A DNA stretch of 64,000 nt, taken from positions 12,462,001 to 12,526,000 of the forward strand of contig NC_043005.1 of NCBI RefSeq assembly GCF_006345805.1. Direction: 5' to 3'. A program made the position numbers and the translations under genes. Positions 40,715 through 52,336 of this stretch are shown here, piece by piece. This stretch comes from Octopus sinensis. Lineage: Eukaryota. Within the stretch, counting starts at the first letter, position 1. Every line of letters begins with the position of its first letter. Below the pieces are notes generated by a model that worked only from the letters and a program-made list of their open reading frames with translations, was not told the DNA's origin and did no database searches.

Positions 40715-41926
40715 TATATATAATGGAGCAGACGATAAATTGGAATATTTCAGGTTGTGACTAAATTCCTTACAGTAGTTAATTATGAATTTTAGCATTC
40801 TGATTTGATGTTGACTTGTTCTGTACATGTAATCTGCTGTCGATGAAATAAATACCAGACTTGTGGGATTTTTTTCTTTTACTTCACAACATCATTCTTA
40901 TGCTAGAGGTTAACATAAATAACCATCCTGGACCAGCTATTTTTTTCCGATACCAAAATATTAGACACTATTTCGATACTCGATTCAATTCGTTTTATTC
41001 TTGGTAAAGCTAGCATATTCTGAAAAAGCCATTAATACAATATTTAATTCTCTCATTTAAGTGGTCCCGTTATAAATATATACATATAAATGGAAACAAC
41101 TTTTCTTATGCTTAATGTGTTCATTTCTCCATTCTCTGTCCACTTAGCCCAAATTAAATTCCCTATGCAAATAAACAAATGTGAATATAATCTATCTCAC
41201 GGATATTTACTTTCCAAGAACTTATGGTGGAAAAGCACCAAGACCCTCCAACACGACTACACTCTCTACTATTGAAATACTATTTAAACACTAAATTCAT
41301 AATCCTAATAATGATATAAAATTGCGCATATTTTAAATATCATTATTTCTAAAATAATAGTGATATTTTATAGTGACATCAGCTGAATTTTTAACTCAGA
41401 CCTGACTGGCACAGAATTTTTTTTTTAATTCTTTGACACAATCATAAGAATAAAAGCGGTGCATATTTTTATTTTTATCTATTTATTTATTTATTTATTC
41501 CTTTTTGTCTGAGCCTAAATGTTCTGTGAAAAGAAAACAAACCGTAATGCCAAGAGCGGATCTCTGAACGAATATGTGTAACTAAATGGATTCTGGTAAA
41601 CATAACCAAGGCTAGATTTAGGTGATAAAACAGATAACTGGTTACTTTTACCAACCAAAAACATAACCGGCTCACAGACAGTGTGTATCTAGCAAATTTT
41701 ATTTAATGACTTCGGTCAACTGAAGAGACGGATAGAAAATATTTGCAAAAGATGTCATAGGGATGATGTGAGATAGAACCTGAAAAAGGCAGCAGTAAAA
41801 ATGATAATATACTTTCTAACTAGTCAGGCTCATTCTTTTTTCATATCTCTTTCCATCTCTCACTAATAGTAATATTCTTGTTGGTTTCCATATTCTGTTA
41901 TATATATGTCTTTATATATAAATATG

Positions 41927-41965
<39 letters not shown>

Positions 41966-41969
41966 ATAT

Positions 41970-42107
41970 AGATAGACAGATAAATAGATAGAAAGATATA
42001 TTGATAGATAGATAGATAGATGGATAGATAGATAGATAGATTTCGGCGGACGAGATAGAAGGAAAGAGACGAATATAACAAGGAAAGACAATAAATAGAT
42101 AGAATAT

Positions 42108-42204
<97 letters not shown>

Positions 42205-42208
42205 GATC

Positions 42209-42247
<39 letters not shown>

Positions 42248-42379
42248 TTCGGTGGACGAGATAGAAGAAAAGAAACGAATATAACAAGGAAAGACAAATA
42301 AATAGATAGAAAGATGTATATATATATATAGAAAGATAGATATATAGATATTGATAGATAGATAGATATTGATTGATAG

Positions 42380-42411
<32 letters not shown>

Positions 42412-42504
42412 TATAGATAGATAGATAGATAGATAGATAGATTTCGGTGGACGAGATAGAAGAAAAGAAACGAATATAACAAGGAAAGACAAATAAATAG
42501 ATAG

Positions 42505-42567
<63 letters not shown>

Positions 42568-42576
42568 GATAGATAT
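41970..42576. repeat. Local ~200-bp tandem repeat: ~55-bp motif plus (GATA)n/(TA)n; fourth unit at 47496-47760 beyond the LINE
   Basis: Motif tttcgg(c/t)ggacgagatagaag.aaaga.acgaatataacaaggaaa starts at 42041, 42247, 42442 and 47714. Confidence 0.9.
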
Positions 42577-42739
42577 GTTTCTTTATTAGCCACACAGGGC
42601 TGCACACAGATAGAACAAATTACAAGGTAGAGCTTTTCTTTTGAAGGTATTAAAAAAAAAAAAAAAAAAAAAAAAGGAAGGGGGAGGTTCGATCAAAAGG
42701 GATCGTAAAAGGAGAGAAAGAGGACAAAAATAAGGGGGG

Positions 42740-42771
<32 letters not shown>

Positions 42772-42979
42772 AGAGGAAAAAAAATGATCAATAGGGATCG
42801 TTATCACAGAAATGTCAATATGAAGTGTAAAGGGGAGGACAGGTGAGGTTTACCCGTGGAAAGAAAAGCCTGCAGAAAAGACCACGGTAACCTCGGTCAA
42901 TGAAGTCACATTTTATATTTCTTTTTTTTTTTTTTTTTTTTTTTGCAAATAAGCAACTCTCTGTTTTCGATTTCTGGGT

Positions 42980-45900
42980 TCATAGGACTATGCTCAAGGT
43001 GGCTTCGTCATTCATACGTGCCATTCTTGCTACATTCACCCATCTTTTTTTAAAACATTCGCTAGACAAAACTTGCCTCTCTACTCTCACTTTCCTTTTC
43101 AAGTGGTACTTGAAGAAGTTGATGAGAGATTGACCAGAGAGGAAAGTGTTTGTCTCCAATCCTTTCAGACGCGTCCACCAGATACATTCTTTCGCCATAG
43201 CCACAAGGATGATGAAAATAGCTCTTCCTTCCCGTTTGAAGGAAGGAGGCGTGACAATATTGACGATAGACTCAGCTGATAAACCGACTCGTCCCACACG
43301 TGACAGCAGTTGTTCGACATAAGCCCACAGGTCGGAAATTGTTGGACACTGAACGAGTGCGTGCAGAACGGTTTCGTCGCTCTGACCGCATCTCGGGCAG
43401 GTCGGCCCCGTGTTTCTCGAGCCGTGTCTGTAGAGCTTATCCCGAACGGGTAGCGCTTCTCGGTAGCACTGCCAGGCCAGGGATCTCTGGAAGTTGTCCA
43501 TGGGCCCTGGCCCGAAAGTCGTCCCGAACAGGCGGGTCAGGTACTCCTCGTCGACGTCCAGGTTCGCCCCGAGCTCGTCGTCGTACCTCCCCTCCACTAA
43601 ACCCCTATAGAATGCTTTGGTTGTGTTGAAGTCACTTAAGGTCGACCCAGGACGGCAGAGTTGCTGAGAGCAACGCGACACTCGCGGTGCCATTCGCCCT
43701 TCCTCGGCCTCTTTTTGATCCACGACTGCAGTTCGGTCATGGAGACGAGCTGCGGGAAAGCGTGCCTCACAAACGGCGACCACACCTGTTCACCGTCGTC
43801 TACATAGAGCCAGAGATGTCGCAGTCTCAGCGCGTGTCTGCGCATCATCAACCACGGCATGCCCAGCCCTCCTTTTAACGGGTGTTGACAGCAAATGGAT
43901 CGCCTGACCATCGGGACGCATCCTTTCCACAAGAAGCGAAAGAGGATGCGTTGTAGTTTGGTGATGGTAGGGTCGGGACAAGGTACGACGGTCAGGCGGT
44001 AGTAGATGACGGACGCGATGTACGTGTTCGCCACCTCCGCTCGACCTTTTAGGGACAGTTTCCTCTCGGCCCATTGCCGGGCGAGAGTGACCACCCTACT
44101 CGTTATCTCGTTCCAGTTCTTCTCCACTTGGAGGTCCGGACCAAACCAGACCCCGAGCAACTCAACCGGGCCGTCGGTCCAGCGTCCCACGACGGAGGCG
44201 CTGGTGGACGGCATGGGCTTGCTTCTCCAGGTGCCTAGTCGCAAGCCCACTGACTTTTCCCGGTTGATTTTCGCTCCTGTCACCGCTTCGTAGTTTTTCA
44301 GTGTCTCGCCGACCAGCTCGATGTGCTCGTGGCTAGACACTATGACGGTGACGTCGTCCGCGTATGCAGACACGCTCGTCCCGCATCCCAATTCTCGCGG
44401 GATGCCCCTTAGAGTCGCCAGCTTCCGCAGTAGTGGCTCAAGAGTCAATACGTATAGAAGCGCCGAGAGGGGGCATCCCTGACGGACCGAACGTGCAATG
44501 TCGAAAGGTCTCGATAGATGTCCATTTACGCGAATTACCGAACGGATGCCTCTGTACAAGGCAGCTATCCAGCCGCGGAAGACGGGACCGAAACCAGCCG
44601 CTCTCAGGACTGCCTCCAAGTATCGATGGTCTACCCTATCAAAGGCTTTTGATTGATCCAAGTTGATCAGGGCCCCACCCATGCCAGGTTCGTTAACTAC
44701 CCTGTCTATGATGTAGCGCATCAGATGGAGGTTGTCATGGATGGTCCGGCCTGGCACGGCGCATGTTTGCGCCTTGTCGACCAGTTTCTCGATGACAAGC
44801 GCCAACCTCTTGGCTAGCACCTTGGCCAAAATTTTCAAGTCTGCATTAAGCAGAGTGATGGGCCTAAAGTTATCTATTACATTTCCCTTGTTTAGATCTT
44901 TCTTCAGCAGTGTTACGGCTCCTCGGCTCACAAAACCAGGAATGCTCCCGTTTTGCTGCCAGTTGCAGTACACCGCCGCCAAGAGATCTCCAAACAAGTC
45001 TGGCATACAATTGTAAAGCTCGTAGGGTAGACCATCCAAACCCGGTGATTTGTCCCTCGAGCATTCTGCCATCGCTTCCCGCACTTCCGCCGCCGTGATG
45101 GCACCTTCGCAGCACCCTGCCTTTCTTGTCGAGAGTCGTGGTAGGCTATGTAGGTAGGCACTGAAGTCCACCCTACGTTCTTGCCCTCCACTCGTTCCGA
45201 ACAGTCGGGCAAAATGCTGCTGAAAGGCCTCACACATTTTACTTGGCTCGAGCAATTCGCGCCCCTGTTCATCTACCAGTGACCGAATGGTGGCTTTGTT
45301 GCCCTGTTGCGCCTCTGCCACCCGGGCCTCTCTCGCGGCTCCAACACCTTCGTTCCTTAGAGCACGCATCCTAGCTCTGACAGCACATCCTTCGTGTTTG
45401 GCGTTGAAGTGTTGGTCGAGGGCCAACCTCGCCGCCAAAACGTCGGATGCGATGCCGCTTCTAATTGCCTCTTCTAGCTTCTTAACTAGCTCACCCTCTA
45501 CTCTATTTCTATCTATGGCTAGTGCTTTGCTGTACCTAATCGCTTCTGCTTTTACTGCTCTCTTGAGGGCAAACCACCATTTGTTGTTGATGATGGCTCC
45601 CGTCAAAGCCCTCTTTACTAGTGTGCTAATCCGGTCTCTGAAAACTTGTCTCGATGGGAAAGACGCGTTTAGTTTCCAGTATCCGGGACCCTGCCTAAGT
45701 GTCTTACCTAAGTCTAGCGTACATGTCACAAGTTTGTGATCCGTGTAGCTGACTATGTGGAATTGTGGACATCCTATGCTATCTCTATCTACTGTCCTAC
45801 ACAGTATCCTATCTAGATACGATCTCGACGACCCGATGCGGTTGCTCCATGTCCACGTTGGCGCATTCGGGTGGTCTAGTCGAAACCTGTCAGACAGTTG

Positions 45901-46416
45901 AAAGCGTCTGAGCAGGTCTCTGAGGCATTTGCATCCCCTTCTATTCCTATCTCTACCCACGTAGTCTACATGCGTGTCCAAGGTAGCATTCCAATCCCCC
46001 ACTAAGAGTAAAGGACGAGACGTTCCCAAGAAAACTTCTAGACGTTGAAAGAAATCCGCCCGACCTGTTAAGGGCGGTGCGTAAACTGATACGAGCCGAA
46101 AAGCGCACCCATTGCTGCCGTCGACATCCAGGACGACCAGTCTACCCTCCGGGTCTACGAATATTGTCCTTACATTGAGATCCAGACTCTTGTGAAAAAG
46201 TACCGCGGTGCCACTACCGCCCATTCTCGGCAGACAGGGGGAAAAATAAATGTTGAACTGTCCGCCAAACATGGTCTTTAGGGCCCGCGGATTGTGGAGT
46301 CTGGTCTCGCTTATGGCTATGATTTCTAACTTATGTGACTTTATGTCATTTAAGAGGTACCCTTGTTTCCAAGGGGACCCCAAGCCACGCGCATTTACAC
46401 AACCAATCTTGATCAT
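42980..46416 (-). CDS. LINE ORF2 (APE endonuclease, reverse transcriptase, C-terminal CCHC), split by one frameshift near 43670
   Basis: CVNARGL, ISETRL, VYAP, GDWNA, YLDRI, TDH; SPGLDG, FRPITLLNAD.KI, DQSKAFDRVDH, VRQGCPLS, AYADDVTV; CPRCGQSDETVLHALVQC. The 926-aa and 267-aa ORFs overlap. Confidence 0.9.
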
Positions 46417-46447
46417 AGTTCTAATGAATTAGAATACAGAGGGTTAC

Positions 46448-47495
46448 TTACTGCTCGAAAGTTTTTGCTTTCTCCTCCGTTGGTTTGTCCTCGAGAAGAT
46501 CCCAGTACAGTTTCTTTGTGAGATATTTTTGGCATTTACCAACCGCACTGGGGAAAATGCCTTTGAGTGTGTGGTGCAGACTTTTGGAGATGTGTATTAT
46601 TTTGATGTGGTCTGGTGGTGTTGTGTATGGGTGGTTGTTTGTTTTTATGTCATCTTCTGTTATGTTTGTTTTTGATTGGATGTATTCCATCAAGTTTGTG
46701 TTTTTGGTGTCTATGGCTGTGAGCATGTTTGCTGTATATGTTTTTGTGGTGTTGGTGTGGCTGTTGTTTGCGTTGGGTTTTGAAATGTCTTCGGGAGATG
46801 TATTTCCCCCTGCTTTGTTCGTGTTTGCATTTGGTTTGGTTGTGTTTCTGCTCTTTATTTTCCTTCTTTTTGTAGCTATTTGCCATTCCTCACTGGTTTC
46901 GTCTTCCGACGAAATTTCTGAGGAATCAGAAGGGGGTAGGGGTATGTTGTGGGCTTCTATGTATGTCTGTGTAAGTGGTTGTGTTGTTGTTTTCGTTGTG
47001 TTGGTTGTTGAGTGTTTGTGTGTGTTGAGTGCGGTATAAGGGATGGGGGATCAGTTTGTGTGTGTTTTCTTTGTTTTTCTGTTCTTTGGGTTTTGCTGTT
47101 GATGGTAGTGTTGGTATTTTTCCAGGTGTCGAGTGGTTTTTGGTTGATGACGGATTAGCTTGGTGTGCTTCTCTTGTCGTCTTCTGTGTTGATGGTGGTG
47201 TGGGTAGTAGAGCTTTTTTTCCGGAGTGCTTTGGTTGTGGTAGTGGTTGTTGTTGTTGCTCTTGGTGTGCAGTGGTTGGGCACGTCTTTTTCAAGTGTGT
47301 CTCGCTTCCACACAAATAGCAGCGTGGTCGCCTGCCCTCTACCACTATATAGAGTTTGTAGCCTCCTGGCAGTTCTATAGCGGTGGGTATCTTCTCTCTT
47401 GCTGCTTCATCCAATTGAAGCAGGAATTCGATTGATTTGCCCACATAGTCTTTCTCTCCTAGAACCGCGATTTCCAGGATGTTTGTCTCTGACAT
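46448..47495 (-). pseudogene. LINE ORF1, frameshifted, with CX2CX4HX4C knuckle and low-complexity T/Q/P/K region
   Basis: VVEGRRPRCYLCGSETHLKKTC; the reading continues in ORFs 46650-46886 and 46448-46726; the stop lies 31 bp before the ORF2 start. Confidence 0.75.
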
Positions 47496-47509
47496 TATAG
47501 ATAGATATT

Positions 47510-47561
<52 letters not shown>

Positions 47562-47575
47562 TATAGATAGATATT

Positions 47576-47635
<60 letters not shown>

Positions 47636-47636
47636 T

Positions 47637-47697
<61 letters not shown>

Positions 47698-48469
47698 CAG
47701 ATAGATAGAAAGATTTCGGCGGACGAGATAGAAGAAAAGAGGCGAATATAACAAGGAAATACTTCTAATAACATCTATTAATCATGTAAGATAACAAGAA
47801 ACAATGCAGAAGGAAGTGAGAGTCAGAGATAGTAAGAGAGTTAAGAAAAGTAATTAAAGCAAAAGGAATAAATAAGGAATGATACAAAGTAAGATAGATA
47901 TAAAACAAACAAAAAAAATTAGATGAATGAAAGAAGTCTAGAAAAAAACAAAGTAAAATAAGACAGGAGACAGAGAATATGGAAGTCGATCAAAATCGAT
48001 GATGGAGCGAGTAAAATGAAAAGACACGGTGATGAATTGGCAGCTGGAAAAGATCAGTAGAAGTTACCAGAGAAAGAGTAGTAATGTTTTTGTAGAGGTT
48101 CACTACGTAAGGAAATGATCTTATTTGTCTCGGCATTGCGGCTTCCAATAGGAAATTATGGTTTTTCTCAGTCTCCAAACATCGATTGTATGTGCGTCCT
48201 ATTCAAGTGTTGTTTCGGCAGATCCTAAAATATGACGTAAGACAGACAGACAGTAAAGAAGATTTCTCTCCAAGTCTTCTCTCCAAGAATTTTTCCACCA
48301 ACTGTGGAAAAAAAATATCTTGCCATTGTTAACGTAGAGAAAAAAAAAGTTTTAGCGTTTTTTTTTGTGTGTGTGTGTGTGTGTGTTTGCATGTGTGTGT
48401 GAGTTTGTGTGAGTGTGTGCTTTCGTGCGTGTGTGTGTGATTGCTCTTGCTTTTGTTATTGGCCAAGAT

Positions 48470-48470
48470 A

Positions 48471-48546
<76 letters not shown>

Positions 48547-48779
48547 GGTGGTCGTCGTCGTCGTCGTCATCGTCGTCGTCGTCGTGGTGGTGATGGTGGT
48601 GGTGGTGGTGGTGGTGATAAGCGATTCCATCATTTTCGATTTGCTGTTTTTTTCTTCAGTTTATTCTACTACCTTGCTTTTTCTTCTAAATCCTTCTTTC
48701 TCTGTATTTATCCACCTGTCTGTCTATCTATCTATCTATCTATCTATATATCTATCTATCTATCTATCTATCTATCTAC

Positions 48780-48838
<59 letters not shown>

Positions 48839-49214
48839 CCTATTTATATCATATACTTCTTTCTCATTTCATCGTCCTCTACTTCTCATACAGATGTCAC
48901 ATGATGCGATTTTATTCGTCATCTCTCTATATTTCGCTCTTTGGTTTTTTCTTTTCTGAGTGCCACTTTTTTCTTCCTATTCTTCTTCTTCCTCCTTCTT
49001 TTCTTCTTTTTCTTCTTCTTCTTCTTCTTCTTCTTCTTCTTCTTCTTCTTCTTCGTCTTCTTCTTCTCCTTCTTCTTCTTCTTCTTCGTCTTCTTCTTCT
49101 CCTTCTTCTTTATCTACTTCTTCTTCTTCTTTTATTTCTACTTCTTCTTCTTTTCTAACTACTACTACTACTACTGCTGCTGCTGCCTCTACTACTACTA
49201 CCACCACCACCACC

Positions 49215-49277
<63 letters not shown>

Positions 49278-49300
49278 GCTGCTACTACTACTACTACTTC
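48470..49300 (+). repeat. Cluster of compound trinucleotide (AGT, GGT, GTC, CTT, CTA, CCA) and (TCTA)n microsatellites
   Basis: Direct reading. Confidence 0.93.
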
Positions 49301-50513
49301 ATTTTTTTTTACTTTTTCAAATTCTTGCTCTTGTTCTTTATCCTCTGGCTTTTTCTAACGTCTTTTCCAATCATCGCCTTCAGCTTTTTCTCTTACTTGA
49401 TTGATTACCCGTTGTTTGTTTCAAACATGTACTCCCCATACCCGACTTCTATTTCTATTTTCTTATCTCCATACTTTACTTCGCTGTTTTATTGTTTTTG
49501 TTTTTCTCATCAACCATCATCAACAACAACAGCAGCAGCATCTTTATTCTCAACATCCCTCATCGTCATTCTCATGAATAGCAGCATCTCTCTCATTACC
49601 AGCAGCATCATAATCACATTCTTCACCCCCCCACCACCACCACCAGTACCACCACTATAGGTAGCAAAATCGTCTCCACCACCACCACGAACACCAACAC
49701 CACCAACACCAACACCAGCACCACCATCACCATTATCACCACCACAACTAACGCCACTAACATGTTCATCTTCATCTTCCGTGTCTTCCTTCAACGATTA
49801 GATGGGATATATATTTTTTTTTTCTTTCTTTCTGTGTAAATGTTGCTGTATACGGTTGCCACACAACGAAATATGACATCTCAATACATATCCTGCTTCA
49901 ATTCACTCACTTTAATTGGCAAGAGAATTTGTTTATGACAATAAAATTTCATAAATGAAAAATACCAAAATACAAAATACAAAAAACTAATGCAAAGGAA
50001 AACTAAATATTATGTAAAGATCTCATTGAACAGCAAAGATTCAGCCAAGATTTTATTGCCAATTCCATTTCTGACAACCATTATGAGCGAAAATGATTTT
50101 CCTTCGAAATGTAAGATGGAATGTAATGTTTTCTGATTTACGGAACTGGCAGAATACCTAGCCAGCAGCTGCTGCTTAACGCTTGGTCATGTGCACGTTT
50201 TCAGTGCACATAAGTAGTTTAGTGACCTATCCATTCCTAAAGAATTTAGGTATCGCCTTACTAATGACAGTCTCACTATTACTGTCCTATGTCTGTATCC
50301 ATCACTAAGGGAAACATGCACACACACAAACACACATACATATATATATACATACATACATATATATATATATATTATAGTAAATTAGAGATAAAACTAC
50401 TATTAGGCAAATCAAACAATGAAAAACATAAGCCAATGCATAAAATTAATATAATTTATATTATTTTAAATATATATCAAAAGTATTAAAAATTTAATAA
50501 AAGATAATAATAA

Positions 50514-50562
<49 letters not shown>

Positions 50563-50598
50563 GCATATAAAAATGTAGGCGTAAAATATGATATATAT

Positions 50599-50657
<59 letters not shown>

Positions 50658-50894
50658 TATATATAACATATGTGTATATATATACATATGTGTGTGTATA
50701 TATATGTGTATATATTATGTATATATAAAATTAAATTTATAAATGAGGATGAAATATTTGATATTAAGTTAATAGTACCATCAATTTAACACCAAGTGGC
50801 TTAGCACATAAAAACCAAAGGAATATATATATATATACATATATATATATTTATGCATGTATGTATGTATGTATGTATGTATGCATGTATGTAT

Positions 50895-51096
50895 TTGTGT
50901 GTCTGTGTTTGTCCCCCCAACATCGCTTGAAACCGATTCCGTTTTTTTTTTGCGTCCCCTTAACTTAGCTGTTCGGCAAAAGAAACCGATAGAATAAGTT
51001 ATAGGCTTACAAAGAATAAGTACTGGGATCGATTTACTCGACTTAAGGCGGTGCTCCAGCATGCCCGCAGTCAAACGACTGAAACAAGTAAAAGAG
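50895..51096 (+). mobile_element. 3' half of SINE family A, followed by a diverged SINE head (~51110-51240)
   Basis: Matches 1560-1780. Confidence 0.8.
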
Positions 51097-51772
51097 TATA
51101 TCTGTGAGTATAGGTGCAGTGTGGTTAAGATCGTTGTTTAACAAATGTGTGGTTTGGGGTTTGATCCTACTGCATGGTACCTTGAGCAAGTGTTTTCTTC
51201 TCTAGCACAAGGCTGTGAGTGAAATTTAGTAGACGCCAAGCAGGAGCTCAATTTTGTATACGTGCAAGCATGTACGCGTTTTTATCTTTATACTGGGAGA
51301 GCTGTGACACTATGCCTGACACAACCAGAATCTGGCAGCTCAGATTTTAGACATGCATAGATGTTGAAACTTGTGGTTGACATCATGACATCCTGTCACA
51401 GAATACTGCATCAATGAAATCTTGCTCAACTAATACAAGCATATGAAAAAGTAGGCATAAAATATGATAAAAGAAAATTTTTGCATTGTGTGTGTGGATA
51501 AGAGGGTTTATGTATTCACGTACATATACAGTTAAATTTTCACGCTTCACTAACTGAACTGAGCCCATGCTGTGGCACTGTCTTAGCGATTCTTAGTCAT
51601 TGATATAAACCTCAGTAATTATTTTAATCCAGTTCATGTTTTCTTGATGCTATTTATCAAACTGCAAAGTTATGGGACATAACTTAAACATAAATCATTA
51701 GATGGGTACAAGATATCAAGTACACACACACACACACGCACACACAAACGCAAACACACACACACACGCACA

Positions 51773-51805
<33 letters not shown>

Positions 51806-52336
51806 TTGCGCACACACATCCATAAGTTTCTGAACGCTTTGTAGACCAATTTCTACTTTAAAGATATTGTTTAACCTTGAGCCTACAGTAGTATTGAACC
51901 TAGAATCACATGTTTGCAAAGTTGAGCTTTTAACCCAAGTCATAGTTGTGCCTATATACATATACATATACATAGATACATATATATATATACATATGTG
52001 TGTGTGTGCGTGTGTGTGTGTGTATGTATGTATATATGTATGTATATATGCATGAATGTATGTATGTATACATATGTGTTTGTGTCTGTATCTGTGTGTG
52101 TGTGTGTGTGTCGCTTTGCAGAGTAAAGAATACCTGAGGTGATCTTTTATGATTTCCTTCATCCTTTTTCGTCTGTACCATTTCTTTTTTCTTATTTGTG
52201 CCCATGAGAATTTTCCCTCAAGCCCCTCCCCGGCTCGCAGTTCTCCCCTTCGCCATGCAGCTTTTAATTTTCTGCACCAGTGAAATGTAATCACATCGGA
52301 GGTTCTGACACACTGATTGCTTATTAAGATGCATAA

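Larger units (their letters stand above)
42577..47495 (-). mobile_element. Near-full-length Tx1/L1-clade LINE (ORF1 + ORF2 + ~400-bp 3' UTR), probably 5'-truncated
   Basis: ORF1 zinc knuckle; APE-RT-zinc finger ORF2; AATAAA at the 3' end. Candidate 13-bp TSD tatagatagatat at 42564-42576 and 47496-47508. Confidence 0.93.

Noticed and set aside
41715-41750. CTGAAGA...GAAA hammerhead-like strings (also 12040-12055, ~38700 and ~52670)
   Set aside because: Stem I and/or stem II cannot form, and some lie within LINE coding remnants.
41970-42576. CRISPR-like repeat-spacer array
   Set aside because: The spacers are microsatellites, the repeat is too long, there are no cas genes, and the context is eukaryotic.
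43660-43680. Programmed frameshift in Tx1 ORF2
   Set aside because: No slippery sequence; a single-base loss or consensus error explains it.
46485-47039. 184-aa hydrophobic plus-strand ORF suggesting a membrane protein
   Set aside because: It is the antisense shadow of the A/C-rich LINE ORF1. The same applies to plus-strand ORFs over ORF2.
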